Shown piece by piece: positions 24,135 through 37,020 of a stretch of 52,909 nt of DNA (position 1 is the first letter of the stretch; the number at the start of each line of letters is the position of its first letter). This DNA is from Octopus bimaculoides. Its lineage: Eukaryota. The translations under genes and the position numbers were made by a program. The stretch spans positions 36,341,773-36,394,681 of the forward strand of contig NC_068995.1 in assembly GCF_001194135.2 (NCBI RefSeq), given 5' to 3'. The notes under the pieces were generated by a model. It saw only the letters and a program-made list of their open reading frames with translations, was not told the origin of the DNA and made no database searches.

Positions 24135-25390
24135 TCTTTACTTTAAAGCCAGCTGATGAAAGCAATGAATATGTTTCAATCTTGTGAGATTTCATCAGCG
24201 AAGCCTATTTACCTCAATTGGATAGTCATCTTAGTGAGACAACTTCTCTTGCAGTTGACTTATTAAAGAAAAGGGTATTGGTGGTGTCCTGTCCAAGCAC
24301 AAACTTAAACTGCATCCTATCTGTTTCTAATTAGCTGTGTTATAACTCTTTCTGCCCCTTTCATAAAATGATCCGTCAATTTGGTATTTCTGTTGTTACT
24401 CCTTTCTGGAGAATCTCCTTTGCCCTTGAAGCAGTCTGTGACACTGCTGTTATGTTGGTCATTGGCAATAACATCTATTTGTATTACTTGATTGACAGTG
24501 TGAGTGACTAGAACAAGTCCTACTTTGCCAGACAGTCAGAGCATCTCTGTGATTATTCCTGATAGTTCCTCTGATTTCCCTTCTTTCATACCAATAATGA
24601 CCCTTTCATCCATATAGCTGATAGTCCCTTTCTTTTGCACTCATTCTTTTCATTTAGTAATCTCTCATAGTAATATTCCCATGCCTTTTTCTCTACTTGC
24701 ATCATTGAGGTTATGTTTATTGCTGTCATTACCTACACATTTCACAATTCAGAGTTCTTTGTACTTCTGGTCCTGAACTTTGCCAAACCTTTACCTTTAA
24801 CTTCTTTTTTATTGCCTTTTATTATCCTTTGCTCCCCTTTTCATACATCTTGCCCATTTTTTTCCGGTAGGCTTTTATAGCTCTGCCTACTAAACCATTC
24901 TTCCAGCATGTCACTCTCTGTGTGGCTGAAACTTGCTCCATTCATGGATCTTGTTTGTGGCTCTCATCAGGTTGTCTCTAAGAGACTCCCAATTATCCTC
25001 TGTGTCACAGTTTTCTAACTTGTTTACCATTTCATTATAGACATCTCGTAGTACTTCTTTCCTTCTCCAGATTGTCTTCTGTCTCTGAATCTATCTAGCT
25101 CTAATCCTGATGTTTCTAACCACTAGTTTGTGTGGCACTGGAGAAATAGTCAATATTCACAACCAGCTGTCTATTCTGTTTCTTGGTGTGTTTGTATTAG
25201 TTGATCAGGTAGTTCATGGGCATTCTAATAATACTGAACTTGTATCAGAGAATTCCACAGGTTTTTATTGATTTTGTAACTTAGATTTCACATCATGAAC
25301 TGGGTATATTTTATCTTGATACTACCACTAGAGAGACTATTTGTCTGGATTAAAACATGTCCTTTCTACACTGTATCAGTTTCAATTCAG
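24135..25390 (-). mobile_element. Old RTE LINE fragment (EN end to RT start)
   Basis: Minus strand DNWESLRDNL, AWEYYYERLLNEKNE, SGIITEML, CFKGKGD, ERVITQLIR parallel the younger copy at 40790-41896. Confidence 0.85.
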
Positions 25391-25923
25391 AAATAATAAT
25401 CGAGTGAAGAATGAGATGTAATGAACATCACATTACTTCTACTGGAATAGATAGGATATGTTGTAACTATTTGATTCAGTTTTTACTTTTTTTTTGTGTG
25501 TGTGTGTGTGGTGGTGTGGGTTACTCCCTTCACACAGGTCAGGGACCATATTTCACTAGTATGTTTCATTTTTGGCATGATTTCAACAAAATAGGCTTCC
25601 ATGCACAAGTTTAATCCAAGGCTATGGTAGAATACACTTATCCAAGCATAGAAATATATTGTGAACTTTTATTACACTGCAGCTATGTCTGCAATTTCAT
25701 GTTGTGTGGGTAGAGTATGGCAATGCAAGTGTGTTCATTTACTTATTTGCCTAGTCTGTTGTGATTTACTCAGAGGCTCATGTAATGGTCATTTTATAGT
25801 ATAATACATAAGGTAGATTTAGTTAATGGGAGATTATCATGATATATCATAGGTAGAGGTAACCTGACACTGAAATTAAACCTTGAGAAGAAACTTGTTG
25901 CAACTGTTTTATATATATATTGA

Positions 25924-26615
25924 CAATCTATTCCATCTCAATCACAAATTTTTTAATTAATTTTTTCTAACTAAACAGTTTGAAACTTTGAATACTGGTA
26001 GAATTTCTCACATAGAAAATGGTTTACTCTGAATAGTTTTGACAAAATTTCGTATTTTAGAAGTTATTTCGTGTTAAAGTTGTTGTATTTGGGTAATTTC
26101 AACCAATCAACGACGTGTATTCAGTTGAAGAAAGCTACTGCTGTTTACGATAGTAATTGAAGAGGAACAACTTGCAGGTCATCTCTACTAAATGTCACCA
26201 CTCTGTTCTATTCATATGGCAAATTGCATTCCCTAGTCTTTCCCTCCCTTCTACACTATCAACTAGCAACCAACAAGTGAACTTGTCACTGCCACTGCAA
26301 TTACTGTATTTTCTCGTGTATAAGCCACTATTTGTTTTGTTTTACCTTCATATTTTGATAATGTTATATTTTATCTACTAAAGACTTTCATATTGACGAA
26401 ATGTGTTTGTTGTTGATTTCAGTAAAATAAAATCATGACAATAACAATACCAAATACAACTTTAATACAAAATAACTTCCAAAATACAAAATTTTATCAA
26501 AAACATTCAGAATAAACTGTGTTCTATGTGAGAATTCTACCAGTATTCAAAGTTCCAAACTGTTAATTTTTAAAAAAATCAATTAAAAAATCTGAGATTG
26601 AGATGGAATAGATCC
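25924..26615. mobile_element. Long-TIR MITE (GGATCT...AGATCC family)
   Basis: About 230-bp inverted arms (ATCTATTCCATCTCAATC / GATTGAGATGGAATAGATCC); flanks ATATATTGA/ATATATTGT; arms similar to 50357-51147. Confidence 0.8.
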
Positions 26616-26641
26616 ATATATTGTTACTAAGGTCTGTTTAA

Positions 26642-26837
26642 ACTGTTTAGTATTCAGATTATTGTTTAAATGTAATGCTTTATTCATTCACATTGTTTTG
26701 AATTAATCATGAAATATGTGGTAGTTTACTTTTAGAATGACATTGTAGAGTAGCTGTGAGGAGCCAGATTTGGTCAGTTTGAACATAAAGCAGATAGAAT
26801 ATTTTGTCCGGATATGACCAGTTTAAATGCTAAAGAG
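26642..26837 (-). mobile_element. TTAA MITE (piggyBac-like)
   Basis: TTAA on both sides; ...TTTAAATGCTAAAGAG|TTAA; aligns to 45490-45710. Confidence 0.75.
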
Positions 26838-28275
26838 TTAATGTTGGTCTGGATCATATAGAAGTTACATTGAATTTAAAACGACATTGTAGTGATCTTT
26901 AATGCATTTAGGTCAATGGTTCTCAACCATGGTCCAAATGGCCCTCATGGGGAGGGGCAGGATCAAGCTAAGATTTTATTATTAAAATTTATCTGCAACT
27001 CTTTAAGGCAGTGCCCCAGCATGACTGCAGTCTGAAACATAAAAGATTAAAAAAATACTTGTACGATACTAAAAATATTTTAACAGAGTATTGTAGTTCG
27101 CTTGAAGCATTGTGTATTGTTTGTAAAGAATAAAAAGCTTAGAAAGGTATAACAATGCACTATAGAACAAAAAATGGACTATATACCTGTTGTAACTTGG
27201 TTATCTATAGTCCGATGATATTTCGGAATTAGAATTTCTTCTTCAGATCTTATTTGCTGGAGTCTTAATACAATTCCTAATGATATTTAATTATAAAAAT
27301 GTAATGGTATTTTATTAAAATTTCAATTGGCTGTAGAGGTCCATCTGAGTAAAATAGGAATCATAGGGGTCCACAGAANNNNNNNNNNNNNNNNNNNNNN
27401 NNNNNNNNNNNNNNNNNNNNNNNNNNNNNNNNNNNNNNNNNNNNNNNNNNNNNNNNNNNNNNNNNNNNNNNNNNNNNNNNNNNNNNNNNNNNNNNNNNNN
27501 NNNNNNNNNNNNNNNNNNNNNNNNNNNNNNNNNNNNNNNNNNNNNNNNNNNNNNNNNNNNNNNNNNNNNNNNNNNNNNNNNNNNNNNNNNNNNNNNNNNN
27601 NNNNNNNNNNNNNNNNNNNNNNNNNNNNNNNNNNNNNNNNNNNNNNNNNNNNNNNNNNNNNNNNNNNNNNNNNNNNNNNNNNNNNNNNNNNNNNNNNNNN
27701 NNNNNNNNNNNNNNNNNNNNNNNNNNNNNNNNNNNNNNNNNNNNNNNNNNNNNNNNNNNNNNNNNNNNNNNNNNNNNNNNNNNNNNNNNNNNNNNNNNNN
27801 NNNNNNNNNNNNNNNNNNNNNNNNNNNNNNNNNNNNNNNNNNNNNNNNNNNNNNNNNNNNNNNNNNNNNNNNNNNNNNNNNNNNNNNNNNNNNNNNNNNN
27901 NNNNNNNNNNNNNNNNNNNNNNNNNNNNNNNNNNNNNNNNNNNNNNNNNNNNNNNNNNNNNNNNNNNNNNNNNNNNNNNNNNNNNNNNNNNNNNNNNNNN
28001 NNNNNNNNNNNNNNNNNNNNNNNNNNNNNNNNNNNNNNNNNNNNNNNNNNNNNNNNNNNNNNNNNNNNNNNNNNNNNNNNNNNNNNNNNNNNNNNNNNNN
28101 NNNNNNNNNNNNNNNNNNNNNNNNNNNNNNNNNNNNNNNNNNNNNNNNNNNNNNNNNNNNNNNNNNNNNNNNNNNNNNNNNNNNNNNNNNNNNNNNNNNN
28201 NNNNNNNNNNNNNNNNNNNNNNNNNNNNNNNNNNNNNNNNNNNNNNNNNNNNNNNNNNNNNNNNNNNNNNNNNNA

Positions 28276-28722
28276 CTTTCAGAGAGAGAGAGAGAGAGAG
28301 AGAGAAAGGGAGAGAGAAAGAGAGTAAGAGAGAGAGAGAGAGAGAGAGAGATGTATATGTATACATATACATGTATATGTACACCATTTCGATACTGTAA
28401 TGACAGATACTTTCAGAGAGAGAGAGAGAGAGAGAGAGAAAGGGAGAGAGAAAGAGAGTAAGAGAGAGAGAGAGAGAGAGAGAGATGTATATGTATACAT
28501 ATAGATGTACACGTATATGTATATGTATACATATAGATGTACACGTATATGTATATATATATAGATCTATACATACATGTATATGTATACATATGTGTAG
28601 ATGTATATATATATATAGATGTACATGTAATATGTACACATATATACATATATACATGCATACAGATATCTATACATATATACACCCATCACACACACAT
28701 ACACATGCACACAAACACACAC
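28276..28722. repeat. Compound (GA)n/(TA,TG,CA)n array with a duplicated block of about 133 bp
   Basis: ACTTTCAGAGAG...AAAGGGAGAGAGAAAGAGAGTAAG...ATGTATATGTATACATATA occurs twice. Confidence 0.9.
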
Positions 28723-28982
28723 ATTAGTCATTTGTTTTCTTATCCAAAACTACGTCAAAAGTACTGAATGGATCTTTANNNNNNNNNNNNNNNNNNNNNN
28801 NNNNNNNNNNNNNNNNNNNNNNNNNNNNNNNNNNNNNNNNNNNNNNNNNNNNNNNNNNNNNNNNNNNNNNNNNNNNNNNNNNNNNNNNNNNNNNNNNNNN
28901 NNNNNNNNNNNNNNNNNNNNNNNNNNNNNNNNNNNNNNNNNNNNNNNNNNNNNNNNNNNNNNNNNNNNNNNNNNNNNNNNNG

Positions 28983-29320
28983 GAAGAGCCCTGCTTCTCA
29001 CATGGACAACTGTATGTTGGCTGCTCAAGAGTGGGCAGCAACAAAAAACCTATTTGTATATGCTCCACAAGGGAAAACAAGGAACATAGTTTACAATGAG
29101 GTGTTATAATCACAACAGCAAGAAAGTATGTACATGATCACCTTCTTTTACGAAACTTCATTGACTTTCATATATTTATATTGATACACATATATATACG
29201 TGTGTTTGGGTGCGTGTGTGTATATACATCTCTATATATAAAGATGATGCGTAGTCTAGACGGCGTTTTTAGATTTCATTAATTCTCTTTAACCCGGGCA
29301 ACGCCGGGTATTTCTGCTAG
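28983..29320 (+). mobile_element. Helitron 3' end (Pif1-like helicase C-terminus plus terminal hairpin and CTAG)
   Basis: EEPCFSHGQLYVGCSRVG/NLFVYAPQGKTRNIVYNEVL* with one frameshift; hairpin CCCGG-GCAACG-CCGGG at 29293-29308; CTAG at 29317-29320 followed by T. Confidence 0.92.
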
Positions 29321-29574
29321 TATATATATAAAATTGAATTGGATGCACAACACTCCACCCATAAAGGACAGTCGCAGGAGGGGTTGTACTGAATGAAGAC
29401 TAATGCCAAATCCATCTTACGTTTCTTTCATAGATTATTATCTCAACTAACACTGCAGAATTCCTGAAGTAGATCCAGTGGAAATATGCCCCAACCATGG
29501 ATGAAATCAGGTAGCCCAAGCTGTAAACATGCTTTATTCAACACATTGACAAATACCCATTAATCCCCAAAATT

Positions 29575-29822
29575 GCATCATCATCATTGTTTAACATCCA
29601 TTTTCCATGCTGGCATGGGTTGGAGGTCTGGAGTGCCAGTGACTGCACCAGGCTCCAATCTGATCTGGCAGTATTTCTACAGCCTGCATGCCCTTCCTAA
29701 TGCCAACCACTCCAAAAGTGTAGTAGGTGCTTTTTACGTGCCACCAGCACAGGAGCCAATCAGGTGGCCTGGCATTGATCACATTCGGATGGTGCTTTTT
29801 ACGTGCCACCGGCATGGGAGCC
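29575..29822 (-). mobile_element. RTE 3' tail
   Basis: (CAT)n, TTTAACATCC...CCCTTCCTAATGCCAACCACTC...GTGCTTTTTACGTGCCACC. Confidence 0.8.
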
Positions 29823-29874
29823 AAGTATATATAAAACATCATATGGGTCGTATCTAATTATTTTTTATGTAATA

Positions 29875-30240
29875 GGTGCAGACATGGCTGTGCGATTAAA
29901 GAGTTTGCTTCCCAACTACATAGTTTTAGGTTCAGTTCCAGTGTGTCATACCTTGGGCAAGTGTCTTCTACTATAACCTCAGGCCAACCAATGCTTTGTG
30001 AGTGAATTTGGTAGGCGGAGACTGTGTGGAAGACCATTTCTGTATGTGTGTCTGTATGCCCTACCTGCACCCACTGCTTGACAACCAGTGTTGGTTTGTT
30101 TGCATTCCTGTTAACTTAGTGGTTTTGGCAAAGGAGGCTGACAGAATAAGTATGGAACTCAAAATAAAACAATTACTGGGGTCAATTTGTTTGACTAAAC
30201 CCGTTGGTGTAGTGCTCCAGCATGGCTGCAGTACATGTAA
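29875..30240 (+). mobile_element. SINE family B, near full length
   Basis: tRNA-like head, ACCTTGGGCAAGTGTCTTCTACTATA (CORE-like), 3' GTGCTCCAGCATGGC. Confidence 0.85.
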
Positions 30241-30776
30241 AATATAATACAAAGTAGAGTATGGTCAACCATAGTTATTATGTCGACGACAAATGGACAA
30301 ATTATAAATTTGATGCCAGCAGAATTTATATTCATAATATAAAAAGCTGAAGCTAGATAGTATGGAAATACCCTTCGTAATCTAGACTCGTTCACTCATT
30401 CTAATGATTACTGTCCTCTGCAATTTCCATAAAACTAGATCTACGAGACACTTGCTCTCCCACATCACAACACCAGTAATCTTTCATCCATCAAAAGCAA
30501 TGTTGCTCTTGATATTATTATTAAGGTCTTTTATCAAGTCTGGCATGAGATCTACTAGTCATTCACTCAACGCCGTAATACATATTGTTTTACATATGCT
30601 ATACATATCTCAATGTATCACTGTATCAATCAGTGTTGGATAATGTTATATATATATATACACACATGCATACTGGTCATAATGCGATTCCTTGCAGTGT
30701 TTTACCTTTTAAGTGATGCCACTCAGCTGGCTAAGACCATATGCATGCGTGTGTATATATATATATATATATATGT

Positions 30777-31404
30777 AAAAGCACCCACTACACTCTCTGA
30801 GTGGTTGGCGCTAGGAAGGGCATCCAGCTGTAGAAACTCTGCCAAATTAGATTGGAGCCTGGTGTAGCCATCCGGTTGCACCAGTCCTCAGTCAAATCGT
30901 CCAACCCATGCTAGCATGGAAAGCGGACGTTAAACGATGATGATGATGATGATATATATATATGGCTGTTTTTTTATAGGCATCCAGCTGTAGAAACCAT
31001 GCCAAATCAGACTGGAACCTGATGCAGCCCTCTTGCTTACCAGTTCCAGTCTAACCCATACTAGCATGGAAAGCAGACATTAAATGATGATGATATATAT
31101 ATATATCTCAAAATACTGAACCTTACAAAGGAGGTGAAAGAGGACCAAGATATGTGGCACATTACTGTGCTGTACTCGAGAAGACTTCCCCTGCCCACTA
31201 CAGCAGAATTGAGATCCTAAAACAGAGGTACCTCGTAAAAGGCACCCTATACACTCTGTAAAGTTCTTGGCATTAGGAAGGGCATCCAGCTGTAGAAACC
31301 AAACCAAACCAGACTATGGAACCATGTGCGGCCCCTGGACTTGCCAGTTCCTGTCTGCTATTCAGTTCATGATAACATGGAAAATGGATGTTAAATGATG
31401 ATGA
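30777..31404 (+). mobile_element. Three tandemly stacked RTE 3' tails (about 30777-30952, 30978-31093, 31225-31404)
   Basis: Each has GCATCCAGCTGTAGAAAC...CATGGAAA...GTTAAA(C/T)GATGATG. Confidence 0.85.
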
Positions 31405-33236
31405 ATTTATATGAAAATTAATTTACTTTGAAACATCAAATATACTCCTTATCCTTAAGCTGTAAAAGACCAGTAATTTTTTATTCTTTTATTTTGTATA
31501 TTGATAATTTAGGTATTACAAGATTTAAGTTCTCCATCTACTGCTCATCTCTTGCATAAAAAGTTTCTTGCCTGACTACCTCATTGCAGAGTGCATTGAC
31601 AGGGGTGCTCTATTGACATCATACTCAATCGGTTCTATGTTTTTAGTTATGTTTTTCACTTAATTTTTCTCTTCTGTACATCAATAACAGCTGTTACTTC
31701 TTATCACACACACACACACACACATGCATGCATGTGATAATTCACTTCATGCAACCTAAATACCTCATTCTACACATGCATTGCTTTAAAACAGCAATCT
31801 CCCAAAACGTCCACCACTCCATTCATGAGGACATGACAAACTAGTTTCCTTCAGCAGCACCAAGACACAACCCCTAACCTTTTCGCTTCTCAAGGAATGC
31901 CATTCCAATACTTTTCTGTTAGTAATAAATGGTCATTGCAACACGGTATTTTGGCCCATGTGGTAACTTCCAAATGATCTTGATCTGCTAGAAATAACAT
32001 CCCTCCTCCAATTCAACTCACATCCACCTCCGCATCATAATCATCACCAGTTCAATGTCCACTTTTCCTTGCTTGCACGGGTCAGATGGAGTTTAATTAG
32101 GCAGCTTTTCCCTGGACAACCCTAATCTGTTTTTCATTTTTTCCTAAATTTAAATCATTGAGCCTTATTTGTCCCGTGCTTCTGAGTCTAAGGAACTTGT
32201 CCATAAACCCTTTTTTCACATAATCATTAAACTTACAGAGGAATTCAGATTTTTCTATAATTTTTTCAATTTTCTTCATGAGCTAGAAATGGTGTTGGTA
32301 AAATAAAAGCATAATAGACCGAAAATCTTATACGATTCAGCCAAGCAAAATTAACATACACATTCTCTAAAATGCAAGAAAGAAAGAAAATAATTTAGGA
32401 AATCTTTCTCTTAATCACATGTTTCCCTGCTGGCTTGTTTGAATGGTAGCATCTTGCCACTTGTTGAAGCCTGTTTACTTTATACAGTATCTCAAGTGTC
32501 TGTTTGCATGAAAGGAAAAAATAACTTTGAAAATCCTCATGTTTGAATATGTCTATAGATAAACTGAATTTTTATCCTTGCACTTTGTGTTGTGAAGTTG
32601 GCGGTAATTGAGCATAGCTATGTCAAAGGCTGTATGTGACCATGACCATCCCAACATTTTTCTGGTGTAGTGTACTTTGAACAATACTTTCCATTGTGTC
32701 CTTAAAAACAAAGGTAAAAAAACAGTAGGGTGTAATTTGAGGGGCATTTGGTTGCTATTTCCAGCAATTTGTACAACTATGTAGAAATCTCTCTTGCCAG
32801 TTTGTTCAATGAATGTTCTATATGATATGAGAAGGCAGCATTACCCTCTCTAAAAACATGAGCAATTAAAGTTCTTAACCTAATAGTTTAATATCTTGGT
32901 CAATTGATTGGTTCATCCTAATCTTTGATAATTTACAGTTATAATAAACACCGCTGTTCTGTGTCATCCCTCCACTTCCCTTCTTTTTGTGCCTCTGAAT
33001 TTGATGGGCCCATATCTGGAATATTTAAAAACTAAACTTTTGTGCTGCTAAGTTTTCGCCATATATTTAATTCGAAAATATTAGTTCCTTATATATGTGC
33101 AAGATATCAAGTTGAAGATATTATCACATGTCAGTGTGTGACTTTAGTTCTTTGTCTATGGCGTATATTCATGTGGTTAAAAAGTTCACTTTGCAGCAAT
33201 GTGGTAGTGAGTGTGATGAAGTTTATCATATAAATA

Positions 33237-33733
33237 TACACAGCATGAGTGGCTGTGTAATAAGTAGCTTGCTCACCAACCACATCGTTCCGGGTTCATT
33301 CTCACTGCGTGGCACCTTGGGCAAGTGTCTTCTACTATAGCCTCGGGCCGACCAAAGCCTTGTGAGTGGATTTGGTAGACGGAAACTGAAAGAAGCCCAT
33401 CGTATATATATATATATATATATATATATATNNNNNNNNNNNNNNNNNNNNNNNNNNNNNNNNNNNNNNNNNNNNNNNNNNNNNNNNNNNNNNNNNNNNN
33501 NNNNNNNNNNNNNNNNNNNNNNNNNNNNNNNNNNNNNNNNNNNNNNNNNNNNNNNNNNNNNNNNNNNNNNNNNNNNNNNNNNNNNNNNCCCGTAACTTAG
33601 CGGTTCGACAAAAGAGACCGTTAGAAATAAGTACTAGGCATCCAAAGAATAAGTCCTGGGGTCGATTTGCTCGACTAAAGGCGGTGCTCCAGCATGGCCA
33701 CAGTCAAATGACTGAAACAAGTAAAAGAGTAAA
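33237..33733 (+). mobile_element. SINE family B, young, microsatellite centre in a gap
   Basis: GGCTGTGTAATAAG...CCGGGTTCATTCTC...CACCTTGGGCAAGTG; 3' part resumes after the gap. Confidence 0.88.
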
Positions 33734-33739
33734 AGAGCA

Positions 33740-34045
33740 TTAGATGGAATATCCAGTAAGCTTCGGACTGGAAGTGTCCCAGATTTCTGGAGATAATCTA
33801 AATATATACTTATAAAATAACCTATGAAAAGTAAAGAACTAAACTGTATTTAGCAGATTCAAATTGATACACTTCTAAAGCAGGGTCTGATAATGACTAA
33901 TTCACTAAAAATTCTTAAAATATATCATGCTGTACCATGTATACAATATAATGGTTATAGGATGAAAGTTAAATAAAGAAAAGCAAAGAACATGATTTTG
34001 TTTAACAGATGCAGGTTTAAATTAATACAGTTCTAAATCAGAGTA
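33740..34045. mobile_element. Second copy of the pogo/Tigger-like MITE at 11431
   Basis: GGAAGTGTCCC(A/G)GATTTCTGGA...CTAAATATATACTT...GAAAAGTAAAGA...CAGATTCAAAT...CTAAAGCAGG shared. Confidence 0.7.
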
Positions 34046-34765
34046 TGTTTATCACTTTCAGACCGGGGCCGCTTTGTCGAACATTACTCTATACTTTGGC
34101 ACCTGAGTAAATAAAATAATAAATAGTGGTATATACAGCTCGAGAGTAAAAATTGCAGGTAAACTAATGGACAAAATCACACACTATTTCGAAGAATAAC
34201 AATAATAGGCCTATCTCTCAAACTACTGTATTTGTTCACCCAAATTGCTAATTTCCTCATCTCTTTCACCAGTTTGTCCGAATCGCTTTCATTGCTGGTG
34301 TAAGTATAAACTCTTCATCCGAAGAATAAATATTATCAATTTCCTCAACTGCAAAGAGTCTAGGGCCTTGCTCATTTACAAGATGAAGAGCTGGGTTCAT
34401 CACATTTGTTTCATCACAATTTTTTTTTGTATGGGTATGATTAAAAGCAAAAGTAAACAACATCTATGGGGGAAAACCCATTAACCATTAAAACATACTT
34501 AACTACAAAGCTGCAACTAATTTTAGTACTGATCTAATTTTAGTATTTTATCTTTTTCTACATGCGGTGCTCATTACCACTATGACATTTAAGCTGTTCC
34601 TGCTATAGCACTAACACAGCTTGACAGGGTTTATCTTTAGAAATCCACTTGCAAAAATTAAAAGAAGGTAACTATTTTCAACACCCCATGTATAAATTAA
34701 CCAACTCCAAAAATAGCATCTGTTGACTCAATACAGGGTACAGTATATTGCATGGTATTGCTTAG

Positions 34766-35430
34766 TCATCATTATCATCACCATTGTTTAACATCCGTTT
34801 TCCATGCTGGCATGGGTTAGACAGTTTGACAGGAGCTTGCCTGACAGATTCCTGTGTGTGTGTTTTGGTATGGTTTTTACGGCTAGATACCCTTCCCAAC
34901 ACTAGCCACCCCGCAGAGTGGACTGTGTGCTTTTTACATAGCGCCAGCACTGGCAGGATCACCAAATAACTTGCAAGACAAAAATCCTTTGAAAGGAGAG
35001 AGGGCATTGGAGGAGTTTGATCTTGTGTTAGATGATGAAAGGTTTGAGTGCAACAGAGACAAAAACAGGTGTCTTGCCGAGAGGAGTTACATGGTTACCC
35101 AGCCAGAGGGAAGAACAAGAGAAAGAGAGATAATATGAACACAAGCTTAAATGCTATGAGTAGAACAGAATTCAATGTATTAGTTCTTACTGCTCAGTAT
35201 TTTTGGATTTCTAGGAATTCCAGATTTCAAAGCAGTGTTCCAGCATGGTCACAGTCCAGCAACTGAAACAAATCATAAAAGATATGAAGCGTCGTCATCA
35301 TCATTGTTTAACATTTGGCCTTCCATACTGACATGGGTTAGATGGCTTAACAGAAGCCTACACCAGATTACTGTGTCTGTTTTGGCAGAGTTTCCATGGC
35401 TAGATGCCCTTCCTAACACCAACCACCCAG
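34766..35430 (-). mobile_element. Two RTE 3' tail copies (about 34766-35150 and 35299-35430) with a SINE remnant between
   Basis: (CAT)n-TTTAACAT...GGCTAGAT(A/G)CCCTTCC in both. Confidence 0.7.
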
Positions 35431-35631
35431 CATAGTTTGAGAAATAGAACATTAATTTCTATATCCTGTATTTTAAATTACATGGAGATGATTCTATTGA
35501 AACAAACAGCCTGGTATGTGATTCCTTAATCTGATATTGTGGTTCTGTTTCAAGATATTGTGGTTCTGTTATCAATATCACAGTTAATTCTTAGCTCCAA
35601 GTCAGCCCTGATCAAGCAGATATTTGATTAA

Positions 35632-35847
35632 GCCTTTGGGATTTAAAGCAGCCATATCCAGCCCCAATTTTTTATCAGTTTCATCTTTGGATCAACCAGA
35701 TCTGGCCTTTCACACCTACTCTACAATGTCATTTTAAAAATAAACAATCCCATCATTAAAATCTCAAATCTATGAGGTAATTCATGATCAATTCAAAACA
35801 GTGAAAATAATCGTTACTTTTGACCAAGTAATCTGAATGCTAAAGGG
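35632..35847 (+). mobile_element. TTAA MITE
   Basis: TTAA|GCCTTTGGGATTTAAA...AATCTGAATGCTAAAGGG|TTCA. Confidence 0.75.
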
Positions 35848-35954
35848 TTCAAAAGTGATCCTGTCAAGATCATCCTGACTTTTTTTTTTCTCCAAGAATC
35901 CTATGTTCATGACTTTATTCCTTTTTTAACACACTAATCTCCAGTTTAAGAGAG

Positions 35955-36247
35955 ATTTATTGAGCGAGATCGTTGCCAGTGCCCCTGGACTGGCTCTTGT
36001 GCGGGTGGCACATAAAATACACCATTCTGAGCGTGGCCGTTGCCAGTACCGCCTGACTGGCCTTCATGCGGGTGACACGGAAAAGCACCCACTACACTGG
36101 TTGGCGTTAGGAAGGGCATCCAGCTGTAGAAACTCTGCCAAATCAGATTGGAGCCTGGTGTTGCCATCCGGTTTCATCAGTCCTCAGTCAAATCGTCCAA
36201 CCCATGCTAGCATGGAAAGCGGACGTTAAACGATGATGATGATGATG
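35955..36247 (+). mobile_element. Young RTE 3' UTR/tail
   Basis: Nearly identical to 43300-43600. Confidence 0.88.
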
Positions 36248-37020
36248 TCAAGCAACCATTCTGAGGCTGCCTCATTTGGCTTATAAAGTAATCTATATTT
36301 TGTGGCATAAGATCCCTCAGTCATTGCCTATTTTTCTTATTTTATTCAAGAATTAATTTTGAAGATAAGCACAAAGTCTTGAATTTGGGTGAGAGGACAC
36401 AGTTAAATATATCATACTAGTACTTATTTTAACAAAAAACTTCAGAAGGACGACAAGCAAATTTGTAAAGAGCTGTAAGTAAATACCAAAAGCATTTGCT
36501 CAACACTTTGCTTCTTCTAATGCATTTCACAGATAATGGCTTTTATTTTGATGTGTGCAATATGTGTAGTTGGGGGGAGTGTGGCACTGTAACATTTTGA
36601 GAAATTGGAAAGTGTTGTCGTAGAGATATGGGGTGGGATAAGTAATATTCGAGAGGAAATGAATATAATGGCCTCTTTCTGTGTGACAGGATTATGGATA
36701 AGTAGGGGTAGGTAAAACATAGAAGGTCATGTGGAAGTAGAATAATATTTTAATTTGATTGCAATGTCGTTGTTTAACCTCGGGTTAACCCTTTCTGAGG
36801 AAGACCTTATAATCAAAGGCGCTCGAACCACGTCCATCTTATTTTTATTTCAGACATAGGAAATTTTGGCTGCCATTTTCAGCAGGTTGTGTGACCACAT
36901 ATAGACTCCTGTTTTATTTAAAGCAATAATAGATATGCATCAACCACCATCAGATCAGCATCAACTTTGATTTATGATATAAACCAATACATTGCATTAC
37001 TTGGTATTCCTCCTCCTCAT

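Noticed and set aside
24151-24200. Hammerhead ribozyme at CTGATGA
   Set aside because: GCTGATGAAA pairs with TTTCATCAGC as a simple hairpin; no GAAA core with the three required stems.
27247-27300. 54-nt plus-strand exon (ILFAGVLIQFLMIFNYKN)
   Set aside because: Weak donor, no recognisable domain, and phase-incompatible with the 12303 candidate exon.
36533-36710. 5' UTR exon for the PWWP gene
   Set aside because: Splice-like sites are present but such matches are common in AT-rich DNA; no independent support.
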